Assembly: GCA_963731635.1 (NCBI GenBank)
Contig: CAVSWB010000002.1
Span: 418,465 to 482,464, forward strand
Length of the DNA stretch: 64,000 nt
Reading direction: 5' to 3'
DNA from: an uncultured Chloroflexia bacterium
GTDB lineage: Bacteria; Chloroflexota; Limnocylindria; Limnocylindrales; CSP1-4
In this document: in pieces, positions 9,776-19,570 of the stretch
Layout: every line of letters begins with the position of its first letter
How positions within the stretch are numbered: position 1 is the first letter of the stretch
The notes under the pieces: model-generated
Told to the model about the DNA's origin: nothing
What the model saw: only the letters and a program-made list of their open reading frames with translations
The model's database searches: none
Position numbers and translations under genes: made by a program

Positions 9776-10989
9776 ACCCGTTGCGTGTACTCCTGTTCTG
9801 GCGTCCCGGTTCCTACCTGCGGCAGGGCTACGCGAACCTGCGGTTGCGCAGCCGGCCCATCACGTCCCCGACGGGCCGGTTCTTCGGTGCCCATCAGTCG
9901 CTGTCGGTCATCGTCGGCATGTCGATCGTGACCGCTCTGCTGCCCTTCATCATCCTGCTGCCGCCGTTCTCAGGCTTCAACAACCAGACCAGCTTCGTCG
10001 ACGGCTTCGCTCAGGCCGGTGTCTGGGTGCTGCTCGCCGTCGGCCTGAACGTGGTCGTGGGCCTGGCCGGCCTGCTTGACCTCGGCTATGCCGCCTTCTT
10101 CGCAATCGGTGCCTACACGTATGCGTATGGGGCCTCGCCGTTTTCCCACAACGCCATCCCGTTCTGGCCGATGCTGCTCGTCGGTGCGGCCGTGGCGGCC
10201 ATCTTCGGTCTGCTGCTGGGCGCTCCGACGCTGCGTTTGCGGGGCGACTACCTGGCCATCGTGACCCTGGGGTTCGGCGAGATCGTCCCGGTGGTCTTCA
10301 ACAACTCGGACACCTACACCAACGGCACTAACGGCATCACCGCCCTGTCCCAGCCCTCGCTGCCGATCTACGGGAGCTTCGGCTTCGGCAACCCGGTGCC
10401 CTACTACATAACCGTGGCGGCGATCATCGCGATAGCCATGTGCCTGTTGTATCGGTTGCAGGATTCCAGGTTGGGGCGGGCCTGGATGGCGGTCCGCGAG
10501 GACGAGCTGGCCGCGTCCAGCATGGGCATCAACACCGTGACGACCAAGCTGCTGGCCTTCGCCATCGGCGCATCGACTTCCGGTCTCGCCGGCGTGTATC
10601 TGAGCTCCAAGCTGGCGATCGTTTCGCCGTCCCAGTTCGGGTTCACGGTCAGCTTCACCGTGCTGGCGATGGTCGTGCTCGGCGGCATGGGCAACATCTG
10701 GGGTGTCGCGGCTGGGGCGTTCGTCATCTACGAGATCCAGAGCCAGGGCCTGAAGCAGCTCAACGTTTTCTTCCAGAGCGTCAACCTGCCCGCGATACAT
10801 CTCGGCTTCGTGAACATCGACCTCTCGACGATCAACTTCCTCGACTACCAGTACCTGCTCTACGGGCTCGCTCTCGTCGGGATGATGCTCTTGAGACCCG
10901 AGGGCCTGTTCCCGAGTCGCCGGCGGAGGGCCGAGCTGCACGACGTGGAAGACGCGGGCCTCTCGAACCAGGAGATCACCGTGGCATGA
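9772..10989 (+). CDS. livM: Branched-chain amino-acid ABC transporter permease LivM
   Basis: Polytopic permease with LivM-type conserved segments (GYAAFFAIGAYTYAY, TLGFGEIV, SMGINTVTTKLLAFAIGASTSGLAGV). Coupled to livH and livG. Confidence 0.85.
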   Translation: MNPLRVLLFWRPGSYLRQGYANLRLRSRPITSPTGRFFGAHQSLSVIVGMSIVTALLPFIILLPPFSGFNNQTSFVDGFAQAGVWVLLAVGLNVVVGLAGLLDLGYAAFFAIGAYTYAYGASPFSHNAIPFWPMLLVGAAVAAIFGLLLGAPTLRLRGDYLAIVTLGFGEIVPVVFNNSDTYTNGTNGITALSQPSLPIYGSFGFGNPVPYYITVAAIIAIAMCLLYRLQDSRLGRAWMAVREDELAASSMGINTVTTKLLAFAIGASTSGLAGVYLSSKLAIVSPSQFGFTVSFTVLAMVVLGGMGNIWGVAAGAFVIYEIQSQGLKQLNVFFQSVNLPAIHLGFVNIDLSTINFLDYQYLLYGLALVGMMLLRPEGLFPSRRRRAELHDVEDAGLSNQEITVA

Positions 10990-11990
10990 GCGACGAGACG
11001 GCACCCCCGGTTCTGCGCACCGTCGCCCTGACGAAGGCTTTCGGCGGACTCGTTGCCGTACGAAGCGTCGACTTCGAAGTCCGGCCGGGCTCGATAACCA
11101 GCCTCATCGGGCCCAACGGCGCGGGCAAGACCACGCTCTTCAACATAGTCGCCGGGCTCTATGAGCCGACGTCCGGGCAGGTCGAGTTCCTGGGCCAGCG
11201 GGTCATCGCTTCGCCTGAACGCGGCTGGCTGGAGCCGATCCTGTGGATCTTGCCGGCCTTCCTGGCCTGGGGCCTGACCTACCTCGCCGCGACTGCGGGC
11301 GCGGGCACGAACGCCCTCCAGATCCTGATCCTGATCGGCCTGGCTCTGCTCATCACGACCTTGATCACGGCCGTCATCCGACCGGCCTGGTACACCCGAA
11401 TGCTCGTACGGCTGGGGATCTTCAAGAGCGCCCGTCCCAACGACATGGTCATCGCGGGCATCGGCAGGACGTTCCAGAACATCCGGCTCTTCGCCAACAT
11501 GTCCGCCATGGAGAACGTCCTCGTCGGCATGCACGGCAAACTCCAGGCCAGCCCGCTCGACGCAGTGCTCCGAACCCGCAAGCAGGTTCGGGAGGAAGCT
11601 GCGTCCGCCGAGGAGGCGCGGCGCCTCCTGCGGTACGTGGGCCTGACTGGCCGTGACGACGAGCTCGCTCGGAACCTTCCGTACGGCGACCAGCGCCGGC
11701 TAGAGATCGCTCGGGCGCTGGCGACAAAGCCCAAGCTGCTGCTGCTCGATGAGCCCACGGCAGGCATGAACCCGTCCGAGACCGCTTCGATGATGGCGCT
11801 CTTCGGCCGGATCAGAACCGAGCTCGGCCTGCCCATCCTGCTGATCGAACACGACATGCGGGTGGTCATGGGAGTCAGTGACCGGGTTACGGTCCTCGAC
11901 CACGGCGAGAAGATCGCCGAGGGCACACCGGCCGAGGTCAGGGCCAACAGCCGGGTCATCGAAGCCTATCTCGGGAAGGGTGCGGTCTGA
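10986..11990 (+). CDS. livG: Branched-chain amino-acid ABC transporter ATP-binding protein LivG, with an unusual ~75-aa hydrophobic insertion
   Basis: Walker A GPNGAGKTT, Q-loop region RTFQNIRLF, signature and Walker B LLLLDEPTAGMNPSE, and LivG-type C-terminus VIEAYLG. The ATG at 10986 follows the livM stop. The upstream ORF-track extension from 10440 is wrong-frame overlap and is rejected. Confidence 0.85.
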   Translation: MSDETAPPVLRTVALTKAFGGLVAVRSVDFEVRPGSITSLIGPNGAGKTTLFNIVAGLYEPTSGQVEFLGQRVIASPERGWLEPILWILPAFLAWGLTYLAATAGAGTNALQILILIGLALLITTLITAVIRPAWYTRMLVRLGIFKSARPNDMVIAGIGRTFQNIRLFANMSAMENVLVGMHGKLQASPLDAVLRTRKQVREEAASAEEARRLLRYVGLTGRDDELARNLPYGDQRRLEIARALATKPKLLLLDEPTAGMNPSETASMMALFGRIRTELGLPILLIEHDMRVVMGVSDRVTVLDHGEKIAEGTPAEVRANSRVIEAYLGKGAV

Positions 11991-11993
11991 CAC

Positions 11994-12759
11994 ATGGCTC
12001 AAGCGAGTAGCAAGCCCCGCCCATCCCGCCCCGCCCGACCCGGGAGCCGTTCTCCTGTCGCTCCACGACGTCCATGCCGTCGTACGGCCGGATCGAGGCA
12101 CTGCAGGGAATTTCCTCGAGGTCCGCCGCGGCGAGATCGTGGCCATGCTCGGCGGCAACGGCGCCGGCAAGTCGACTACCCTCAAGACGATCAGCGGCTT
12201 GATGCACCCCCGCTCCGGTTCGATCGAGTTCGACGGCCAGGACGTCATCGACGGTACCCGGCGCATCGCCTGGTGCGGCTCGGTATTGGTCACGCGCCGG
12301 AGGGAAGGCGCATCTTCGGCCGCATGACGGTCCTCGAGAACCTCCAGATGGGCGCCTACTCGCGAAGCGACAAGTCCGAGATGACCGCGGACTACGACCG
12401 CGTCTTCGGCCTCTTTCCACGCCTGCTCGAACGGAAGGGCCAGGCTGCCGGAACCCTGTCCGGCGGCGAGCAGCAGATGCTGGCGATCGGGCGGGCTCTG
12501 ATGGCACGACCCAAGCTGCTCCTGCTCGATGAACCTTCGATGGGGCTGGCCCCCGATCTCGTTGAGCAGATCTTCGAGATCATCACGCGACATCAACTCG
12601 CAGGGCACGACGATCCTGCTCGTCGAGCAGAACGCGCTGATGGCCCTCCACGTCGCGAGTCGCGGATACATCCTCCAGACCGGCAAGATCGTCCTCGCCG
12701 ACAGTTCCGAGGCGTTGGCAGCGAACGAAGACGTCAAGAAGGCGTATCTGGGCGCGTAG
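11994..12759 (+). pseudogene. livF: Branched-chain amino-acid ABC transporter ATP-binding protein LivF with at least 3 frameshifts (possible sequencing indels)
   Basis: LivF segments are spread over frames. The ATG at 11994 is in frame 0. [10 protein letters not shown]...[42 protein letters not shown] is in frame 1. [25 protein letters not shown]...[42 protein letters not shown] is in frame 0. [55 protein letters not shown] is in frame 1. Two compensating indels near 12085-12115 replace the expected [11 protein letters not shown] with [11 protein letters not shown]. Confidence 0.7.
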
Positions 12760-12807
12760 ATCGGCCCCTCGCCGAGCCGAGCCGGCCCTCGCCGAGCCGA
12801 GCCGGCG

Positions 12808-13908
12808 CTAGCGAACCACGCGTCCCGAAGCGCCGCGTATGACCGCTTCCACCTCGTCTCGAGTGGCCATGCTCGCGTCGCCCGGCGTCGTCATCGCGAG
12901 CGCCCCGTGGGCGGCGCCCCACTCGACCGCTTCCGTCGGCGATAGTCCGGAGAGGAACGCATAAACGAGCCCCGAGGCAAACAAATCGCCGCCTCCGACG
13001 CGGTCCAGAACCTCGAGGCCGGGCCGCATCTTCGCCTGGTAGATCGACCCGCCCGCCCACAGGATCGCTCCCCAGTCGTTCCGAGACGCCGTATGGGCGG
13101 TTCGGAGGGTCGTCGCAACGACCCGCAGATTGGGATAGGCGGCAACGACTCGCTCGACCATCCGCGCGTAGCTTTCCGGGTCGAGCTCTGACAGGGACTC
13201 GCCGACACCCTCGACATCGAAGCCGAGAGCGGCGGTGAAGTCCTCTTCGTTGCCGAGCAGCACGTCGACCTGCGCCACCAGCTCGCGGTTGACTTCCTGC
13301 GCCCGAACCCTGCCTCCGATCGCCTGCCAGAGCGAGGGTCGGTAGTTGAGGTCATAGGAGACAACGCAGCCATGTCGCCTGGCCGCCCGCATTCCCTCCA
13401 GGGCGACCGCCGGTGTCGTGTCGGACAGCGCCGCGAAGATGCCGCCGGTATGGAACCAGCGGGCCTTCTCGGTTCCGAAGATCGTCGGCCAGGCCACGTC
13501 GCCCGCCCTGATTTGCGAAACGGCGGTGTGGCCGCGGTCCGAGCACCCCAGCGCGGACCGAATGCCGAAGCCGCGCTCCGTGAAGTTGAGTCCGTTGCGC
13601 GCCGTGCGGCCGACCCCGTCGAAGGGCCGCCATATGAGATGCGAGCGGTCGACGCCGCCGGCCAGGATGAGGTCCTCGACAAGTCGGCCGATCGGGTTGT
13701 CAACGAGGGCGGTGACGACGGCGGTCCGCATCCCGAATGTACGACTGAGGCCGCGGGCAACGTTGTATTCGCCGCCGCCTTCCCAGGTCCGGAACGTCCG
13801 AGCGCGACTGATGCGGTCCTCTCCGGGGTCGAGCCGCAGCATCACCTCGCCGAGCGCAACGCAGTCCCAGCGCGCGCCGTCGGCGGGCGCGATGTTCAGG
13901 ATGGCCAC
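12808..13908 (-). CDS. PfkB-family sugar-acid kinase (2-dehydro-3-deoxygluconokinase KdgK-like)
   Basis: Ribokinase-like fold with the C-terminal anion hole [18 protein letters not shown] and [13 protein letters not shown]. It is a paralog of the kinase at 15754..16833. Confidence 0.75.
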   Translation of the reverse strand: MAILNIAPADGARWDCVALGEVMLRLDPGEDRISRARTFRTWEGGGEYNVARGLSRTFGMRTAVVTALVDNPIGRLVEDLILAGGVDRSHLIWRPFDGVGRTARNGLNFTERGFGIRSALGCSDRGHTAVSQIRAGDVAWPTIFGTEKARWFHTGGIFAALSDTTPAVALEGMRAARRHGCVVSYDLNYRPSLWQAIGGRVRAQEVNRELVAQVDVLLGNEEDFTAALGFDVEGVGESLSELDPESYARMVERVVAAYPNLRVVATTLRTAHTASRNDWGAILWAGGSIYQAKMRPGLEVLDRVGGGDLFASGLVYAFLSGLSPTEAVEWGAAHGALAMTTPGDASMATRDEVEAVIRGASGRVVR

Positions 13909-14594
13909 GCCGCGCCTCCTTGCCCTGCTCTGATCCGCCGGACGATCCCGACCGCTGCGGCCGCACGGGCCGCTATCTCGTCGAACCGCCCCGCCGCGAC
14001 ATCAGCGCGGGGCGCAACCCAGCTTCCACCGCAGGCGAGGACGGATTCGATCGCCAGATAGCCGGGCAGACTCGCGGCCGTGATGCCGCCGGTCGGGTTC
14101 CAGGCCATCGTGGAGTACGGAGCGGCGAGCGCCCTGAGGTAGGGCAGGCCGCCGATCGGTTCTATGGGAAAGAGCTTCACCGCACGGATCCCGAGCGAGA
14201 TGGCGGCCTCGACCTCGCTCGGGGTGCATACGCCGGGCATCATGGGAACTCCGAGCCGGCCCGCATATTCGACCACGGCACGGTTGAGGCCCGGTGCCAC
14301 GAGCAGTCTGGCGCCGGCGTCGAACGCGACGTCGGCCTGCCGGGTCGAAGTCACCGTGCCGGCGATCAAGAACACGCCGGGCGCGTCGCGTGCGACCCGG
14401 CGCAAGGCTTCAGCGGCAGCCTCGGTCCGGAACGTGACCTCGACGATCGGCAGGCCGCCGGCTTCGAGTGCCTGGGCCAGGGCAACCGCACGCCCGGCGT
14501 CCTCGACCTCGACCACCGGCACCACGCCGGCGGCGCGGAGTCGATCGGCAAAGGTCACCGCTGCACCACCGGAGCCGGGCACGATGGCGGCCAT
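13896..14594 (-). CDS. eda: KDPG/KHG aldolase (2-dehydro-3-deoxy-6-phosphogluconate aldolase family)
   Basis: VVPVVEVEDAGRAVALAQALEAGGLPIVEVTFRT...GAGTV...GVCTPSEVEAAISLGIRAVKLFP is an Eda-type TIM barrel with the Schiff-base lysine region. Start moved to the internal ATG at 14594, dropping a 28-aa Arg-rich extension. Confidence 0.75.
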   Translation of the reverse strand: MAAIVPGSGGAAVTFADRLRAAGVVPVVEVEDAGRAVALAQALEAGGLPIVEVTFRTEAAAEALRRVARDAPGVFLIAGTVTSTRQADVAFDAGARLLVAPGLNRAVVEYAGRLGVPMMPGVCTPSEVEAAISLGIRAVKLFPIEPIGGLPYLRALAAPYSTMAWNPTGGITAASLPGYLAIESVLACGGSWVAPRADVAAGRFDEIAARAAAAVGIVRRIRAGQGGAAWPS

Positions 14595-14649
14595 TGCCGA
14601 TTCCTCCAGTCTCGATGCGGAGCCGTCTCCTTTACGGAGCAGCCTCGGG

Positions 14650-15669
14650 CTAGCTCTTCTTTTCGAGGTGGCCTCCAAAGCCGAAACGCATTGCGGAGAG
14701 GACCTTGTCGCCGTAGTCGGCCTCTCCTCGAGAGGTGAAGCGCGAGTACAGCGCGGTCGTCAGAACGGGGGCCGGCGTGCTGACGTCGATCGCGGCGATG
14801 CTGGTCCAGCGGCCTTCGCCCGAGTCGGAGACCCGACCCGAGAAGTCAGCCAGATCCGGGCTTTCACGCAGGGCCTGGGCGGTGAGGTCGAGCAACCAGG
14901 ATGCGATCACGCTTCCGCGGCGCCAGACCTCGGTCACGGCCGGCAGGTCGAGGTTGTACTGGTACATCTCCGGCTCTCGCAGCGGCGACGTTTCGGCGTC
15001 GATCTCGCGCTGGTTCAAACCCACACCGGCGTGGTGCAGGATGTTGAGGCCCTCGGCGTAAGCGGCCATGACGCCGTACTCGATGCCGTTGTGGACCATT
15101 TTGACGAAGTGGCCTGCGCCGACCGGGCCGCAGTGCAGGTAGCCCTGCTCGGCCTTGTCCGGCTCGCCTTCGCGGCCGGGCGTGCGCGGGGCCGACGCAA
15201 CTCCCGGGGCCAGCGCCTTGAACAGAGGATCGAGGTGCGCGACGGCGGCGTCGGGTCCGCCGATCATCAGGCAGTAACCGCGCTCGAGGCCCCACACGCC
15301 ACCGCTGGTGCCACAGTCGACGTAGCAGATCCCGGCCGGCTCGAGTTCCTTCGAGCGGCGGATGTCGTCGCGATAGTAGGAATTGCCGCCGTCGATGACG
15401 ATGTCGTCGGCCGCCAGCAAAGGAATGAGTTGATCGAGCGTTGCGTCGACGGAGGCCGCCGGAACCATGAGCCACAGGATGCGCGGCTTTTCGAGCTTGG
15501 CGACGAGGTCTGCCAGCGAGCTGGCTCCGCCCGAAAGCGCGCCGTCGGCCACGAGTCCGTCGACGGTCGCCTTCGTCCGAGCGTATCCGAACACGGTATG
15601 GCCGTTTTGCAGCCAACGCCGCGAAATGTTGGCGCCCATTCGGCCGAGTCCGACGAGTCCGACTTGCAT
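14650..15669 (-). CDS. Short-form 6-phosphogluconate dehydrogenase-like NAD(P)-dependent dehydrogenase (Gnd/GntZ/YqeC-like)
   Basis: Rossmann motif MQVGLVGLGRMGANI. Gnd hallmarks GNSYYRDDIRRSKEL, YCLMIGG and HNGIEYGVMAAYAEG. Start at the ATG that gives MQVGLVG. Confidence 0.7.
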   Translation of the reverse strand: MQVGLVGLGRMGANISRRWLQNGHTVFGYARTKATVDGLVADGALSGGASSLADLVAKLEKPRILWLMVPAASVDATLDQLIPLLAADDIVIDGGNSYYRDDIRRSKELEPAGICYVDCGTSGGVWGLERGYCLMIGGPDAAVAHLDPLFKALAPGVASAPRTPGREGEPDKAEQGYLHCGPVGAGHFVKMVHNGIEYGVMAAYAEGLNILHHAGVGLNQREIDAETSPLREPEMYQYNLDLPAVTEVWRRGSVIASWLLDLTAQALRESPDLADFSGRVSDSGEGRWTSIAAIDVSTPAPVLTTALYSRFTSRGEADYGDKVLSAMRFGFGGHLEKKS

Positions 15670-15753
15670 GAAACGATCCTCCTGATCTGATCTGGCTAGA
15701 GTCCGGTGCCGATCCGGCAAGTTCTGTGTTCGATTACCGGAGAGCCGCCATTG

Positions 15754-16833
15754 TCAACGCTGGATTCGGGCGGAGCCGCCCCGAGCGAAAGCCTGAACCT
15801 GTTCGAGCGTGACCATGGTCGTGTCGCCCGGCGTGGTTGTGAGCAGGGCACCGTGCGCCCAGCCAAGTCTGACGGCATCCTCGGCCGTGGCCCCGCTGAG
15901 CAGACCGTATATGAAACCCGAGGCGAAACCGTCTCCGCCGCCGACACGATCCAGAATATCCAGCTCGCAGGTTGGCGCCCGCACGGACCGACCGTCGATC
16001 CAGGCTACGGCGCTCCAGGTGTGGTGGTGGGTTGAATGGACTTCCCGGAGCGTCGTCGCCACGGCCTTCACCGAAGGGAACTTAGCTCTCACATCGTCGA
16101 TCATGCCGAGGAAGACATCGGCGTCGAGCGAGGAGGTCGACTTCACTTCGGGGCCGCGGATGCCGAGGCTCTTCTGGAGGTCCTCCTCGTTTCCAAGCAG
16201 GACGTCGACGTTCGATACGATCTGGCCGATGATCGATTGCGCCCTGTCCGCGCCGCCCCAGATGCCCCAGAGCTTCTCCCGATAGTTGAGATCGAAGCTC
16301 GTGATGGCCCCGGCCTTCTTGGCGGCTTTCATCGCTTCGATGATGAGAGGGCCTGTGGTTTCCGAGAGCGACGCAAAGATCCCGCCCGAGTGGAACCAGC
16401 GAAGTCCATCGGAGAACAGGGCGTCCCAGTCGAAATCTCCGGGCGCGAGTCGCGCGGCGGCCTCGTTTGAGCGGTTGTAGAAGACCACCGGGGCTCTGAC
16501 GCCGTAACCACGGTCGCTGAAGACGGTCGCCATGTTCGGTCCGGTTACGCCGTTGTGGGCGAAGCGTTTGTAGATGCCTCGAACGCCGACGGCTCGGACG
16601 CGTTCGGCGATGAGGTCCCCGATCGGATAGTCGACCATGGCCGACGCGATCGCCGTGTTCATACGGAAGCAGTCAGCCAGGTTGGCGGCCACGTTGAACT
16701 CGCCGCCGCTGACGTAAATGTTGCACTCGGTCGCCTTGCGGAATGGAACGATCCCGGGGTCGAGCCGGTGAACGAGCCCGCCCAGGGATACAAGGTCCAG
16801 AGCGCCTTCCCGGGGGATCATCAGTTGCGCCAT
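15754..16833 (-). CDS. PfkB-family sugar-acid kinase (KdgK/IolC-like), paralog 2
   Basis: Ribokinase-like fold with DRVGGGDGFASGFIYGLLSG and AHGALLTTTPGD. Roughly 45% identical by eye to the kinase at 12808..13908. Confidence 0.75.
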   Translation of the reverse strand: MAQLMIPREGALDLVSLGGLVHRLDPGIVPFRKATECNIYVSGGEFNVAANLADCFRMNTAIASAMVDYPIGDLIAERVRAVGVRGIYKRFAHNGVTGPNMATVFSDRGYGVRAPVVFYNRSNEAAARLAPGDFDWDALFSDGLRWFHSGGIFASLSETTGPLIIEAMKAAKKAGAITSFDLNYREKLWGIWGGADRAQSIIGQIVSNVDVLLGNEEDLQKSLGIRGPEVKSTSSLDADVFLGMIDDVRAKFPSVKAVATTLREVHSTHHHTWSAVAWIDGRSVRAPTCELDILDRVGGGDGFASGFIYGLLSGATAEDAVRLGWAHGALLTTTPGDTTMVTLEQVQAFARGGSARIQR

Positions 16834-16887
16834 GGCTTCTCCAGTCCTAGAACTCAGCAGTTGTTGGCTGCGGCCTGCATGCCTACG

Positions 16888-18171
16888 CTAGCCGACGGCC
16901 GGGACGGACGCGTCGTCCGGGTCCGCCCACTCTTCGTTGGGAACGCGCGCATACCAGCCGGGCCGGCCCGGATCGCGATCGTACGGATAGCCGCCCAGCT
17001 GCTGGAAGAGGGCCGCATAGCGGGCCACTTTCTCATGGTCGAGACGGACGCCAAGCCCAGGTCCGTCGGGAACCGCGATCGAGCCATCGTGATAGGGGAG
17101 CGGGCCGCCCTCGATGATGTCGTCCGCGAGCTGATGGTAGTGGGCGTCCGCGGCGAATTGCATCGAGGGCAAGGCCGCACCGAAGTGGAGCATGGTCGCG
17201 AGCTGTATACCGAGCTCGCCTGAAGAGTGCACGCCGATTCCCAGCTGGAATGTCTCGCACACCGCGGCTGCCTTGAGAACGGGGCGGATGCCGCCCCAGA
17301 AGGTTGTGTCGAGGAGAACCACGTCGACCGCGGGGTCACGGACGTTTGCGGCGAGCTGCTCGAGGTTGGTGACAACGGTATTCGTCGCGATCGGCAGGCC
17401 GACGGCCTGGCGGACCTGGCGCAGGCCGTTCATGCCCCAGGTCGGGTCTTCGTAATAGTCGTTGCGGAGTCCCTTGATGGCATGGCCGATGCGAATTGCG
17501 TCGCGGACGCTGTAAGACGCATTCGGGTCGATTCGCAGGGAGTCGTTCGGAAACGCTTCGGCCAGAGCCAGCAGGCAGCGCAGTTCGTAGTCCGGCGGGA
17601 AAACGCCCGCCTTCAGCTTGTGGGTCGTGAAGCCGCAGCTCGCCTTGAGGGCACGAGCGTGCTCGACCAGCTGATCGACCGTCCGGACCTCCCCGGCGCC
17701 GCTCGCCGAGTTGGGATATCTGAAGAACAGATACGCGGCGAAGGGAACGGCGCTGCGCATCTTGCCGCCCAGCAGGTCGTAGACCGGAACCTCCAGCATC
17801 TTGCCCACGGCGTCGAGGCAGGCGAACTCGAGTGCCGCGTGGATCTGCGTGCGGTTGTCGTATAACGCCGCGGTCGGATTGAGGATCTTGAACCAGAGCG
17901 CGGTCGCGTCGAAGACATCGTGGCCGAGCAGCTTCGGCCTCAGCGATTCAACCGTCAGCTGGGCGCTCTGGCCTCCACCGCCCATCTCGCCGAGTCCGAT
18001 GACGCCGCTCTCCGTTTCTATCTCGATGATGGTCCTGACGAAGCGGCCCCAGTGGGCTCCGGCGGCATGGCGAAGCGGAGCCTCGAGGGGGACGCTGACC
18101 GTGGTCGCTCGCACGTCGGCGATCCTCGATCCACGCGGCGGCCTTCCGTTCCTGGCTCCAGATGCATTCAT
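16888..18171 (-). CDS. gudD: Enolase-superfamily dehydratase, glucarate dehydratase (GudD) subgroup
   Basis: Segments [10 protein letters not shown]...[11 protein letters not shown]...AIKGL...YEDP...[10 protein letters not shown]...DTTFWGG...[28 protein letters not shown]...[12 protein letters not shown]...[12 protein letters not shown] align block-by-block with E. coli GudD from memory (FKLKGGVL...ITLDPNGAWSL...IKIGKYLKG...AEDP...GLPTATNMIA...DPHFWT...[27 protein letters not shown]...PGLGVEIDMDQV). Size 427 aa. Confidence 0.65.
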   Translation of the reverse strand: MNASGARNGRPPRGSRIADVRATTVSVPLEAPLRHAAGAHWGRFVRTIIEIETESGVIGLGEMGGGGQSAQLTVESLRPKLLGHDVFDATALWFKILNPTAALYDNRTQIHAALEFACLDAVGKMLEVPVYDLLGGKMRSAVPFAAYLFFRYPNSASGAGEVRTVDQLVEHARALKASCGFTTHKLKAGVFPPDYELRCLLALAEAFPNDSLRIDPNASYSVRDAIRIGHAIKGLRNDYYEDPTWGMNGLRQVRQAVGLPIATNTVVTNLEQLAANVRDPAVDVVLLDTTFWGGIRPVLKAAAVCETFQLGIGVHSSGELGIQLATMLHFGAALPSMQFAADAHYHQLADDIIEGGPLPYHDGSIAVPDGPGLGVRLDHEKVARYAALFQQLGGYPYDRDPGRPGWYARVPNEEWADPDDASVPAVG

Positions 18172-19526
18172 TTCGGCGCTCCTTCATCCGGCGTGGGCGT
18201 CTCGGGTGCCGGCGGCTGCGTGGCGCGTGCGAGCGAAGCCGCACGGTCGAGGACCACCCGTACGGGGACGCCAAGCCGTTCCGCCGCTGCCGCGGCGTCT
18301 GAGTATTCCGTCTGCGTTGTCACGGGCTCACCATCCAGAAGGCCGCGCTTGACCCTGATTTCGGAACCGTCGACATGCACGAGGACTTCGTCGCGAGGCA
18401 GCGCCAGGCGCGCGACCGGCCGCCAGCGGACTCCGAGCGTGGTCGAGGCGGTAAAGAGTGCGCGGGCCGCGGCGTCGAGCGCATGTTCCGAGACAAGGGC
18501 GGTCACAACGTGCCCGGGCCGGCCCTTACGCATGACGACCGGCGTCAGCCAGGCATCCGCGGCGCCGGCCTGGACCAGCGCGTCGAGGACGGCGGGCCAG
18601 AGACGTGGATCGAGATCGTCCACGGTCGCCTCGAGCTCCATCAGGTCGTCCCGACGCCACGGAACCAGGCCCGGGGTAAGGGCGCTGCCGAGAACGACCC
18701 GCATCACGTTGGCCCTTCCGGGCGGATCCTTCGAACCGGCGCCGACACCGACACCGTCGATACGCATCTGCGGCACGGGGCCCCAGTCGTCCGCGAGGAC
18801 TGCCAGCAGGGCCGCCCCGGTTGGCGTGCAGAGTTCCCCCTCGCCGCCTGCCGTGACGGCAGCACCGCGCCCGGTGAGGATCGCCAGCACGGCCGGCACG
18901 GGAACCGGCAATCGCCCATGCGACGACTCGATCGTTCCGCTGCCGACTGCTACGGGGCTGACGACGACCCGGGCACGCGGCTCGAGCAGGCCGAGAACGT
19001 CGAGCGCGGCGGCGCAACCGATGACATCGGCAATCGAGTCCAGCGCACCGACCTCGTGGAGGTGAACCTGATCCAGGCTCTCCCCATGGACGCCGGCCTC
19101 GGCATTGCCCATCAGCAGGAAGACGTCACGGGCAAAGGCGGCTATTGCAGGCGCAAGCGTCGCCGCCCCGGCGACGATCGCCAGCACGTCGCCGACGCTG
19201 CGCGGCGCCGCTGTCTCGGAAACCTGAACGTCGGCCTTGGTGGCACGCAGCCCGTGGCGCCTGGTCGGGCCGGCGCGGACTTCGATTGGTTCGACATCCA
19301 GCGCTCCGATTGCAGCCGTCACGGCTGCGACCGGCGCACCGGCATCCAGCAGCGCGCCCAGCAGCATGTCGCCGGAGGCGCCGGCGGAGGCATCGATCCA
19401 GACGCAGCGGCTGCCTTGTGCCACAGAAATCTCCTCGCGAGGGCGCAACTCGTCCGGCGCAACAGCCGGCCGAAGTCTGACCTCAGTGGGGCCGGGTAGC
19501 AGGACGCCGCGCGATTTGGCAATCAT
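18168..19526 (-). CDS. larC: LarC, nickel-pincer nucleotide (NPN) biosynthesis nickel insertase (DUF111 family)
   Basis: N-terminal [21 protein letters not shown] matches the LarC/DUF111 signature (LDCFSGISGDMxLGAL). C-terminal LarC-like domain present. Start is uncertain: ATG at 19526, alternative GTG near 19427. Stop overlaps the gudD start. Confidence 0.7.
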   Translation of the reverse strand: MIAKSRGVLLPGPTEVRLRPAVAPDELRPREEISVAQGSRCVWIDASAGASGDMLLGALLDAGAPVAAVTAAIGALDVEPIEVRAGPTRRHGLRATKADVQVSETAAPRSVGDVLAIVAGAATLAPAIAAFARDVFLLMGNAEAGVHGESLDQVHLHEVGALDSIADVIGCAAALDVLGLLEPRARVVVSPVAVGSGTIESSHGRLPVPVPAVLAILTGRGAAVTAGGEGELCTPTGAALLAVLADDWGPVPQMRIDGVGVGAGSKDPPGRANVMRVVLGSALTPGLVPWRRDDLMELEATVDDLDPRLWPAVLDALVQAGAADAWLTPVVMRKGRPGHVVTALVSEHALDAAARALFTASTTLGVRWRPVARLALPRDEVLVHVDGSEIRVKRGLLDGEPVTTQTEYSDAAAAAERLGVPVRVVLDRAASLARATQPPAPETPTPDEGAPK

Positions 19527-19540
19527 GTAACAACTTGACA
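19495..19540. promoter_or_regulatory. Putative operator palindromes in the larC/lacI divergent intergenic region
   Basis: CAACTtgacAGTTG (5-4-5) immediately followed by GTTGCtGCAAC (5-1-5) within aatcatgtaacaacttgacagttgctgcaaccg. Position fits a LacI-family operator and includes a TTGACA -35-like box. Confidence 0.25.
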
Positions 19541-19570
19541 GTTGCTGCAACCGCTTTCATTCTATGGCCG

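Noticed and set aside
10440-11990. 516-aa ORF suggesting a much longer LivG starting at 10440
   Set aside because: The first 180 codons overlap livM in another frame and are Arg-rich low-complexity. The ATG at 10986 with MSDETAPPVLRTVALTKAFGG is the canonical LivG N-terminus, directly after the livM stop.
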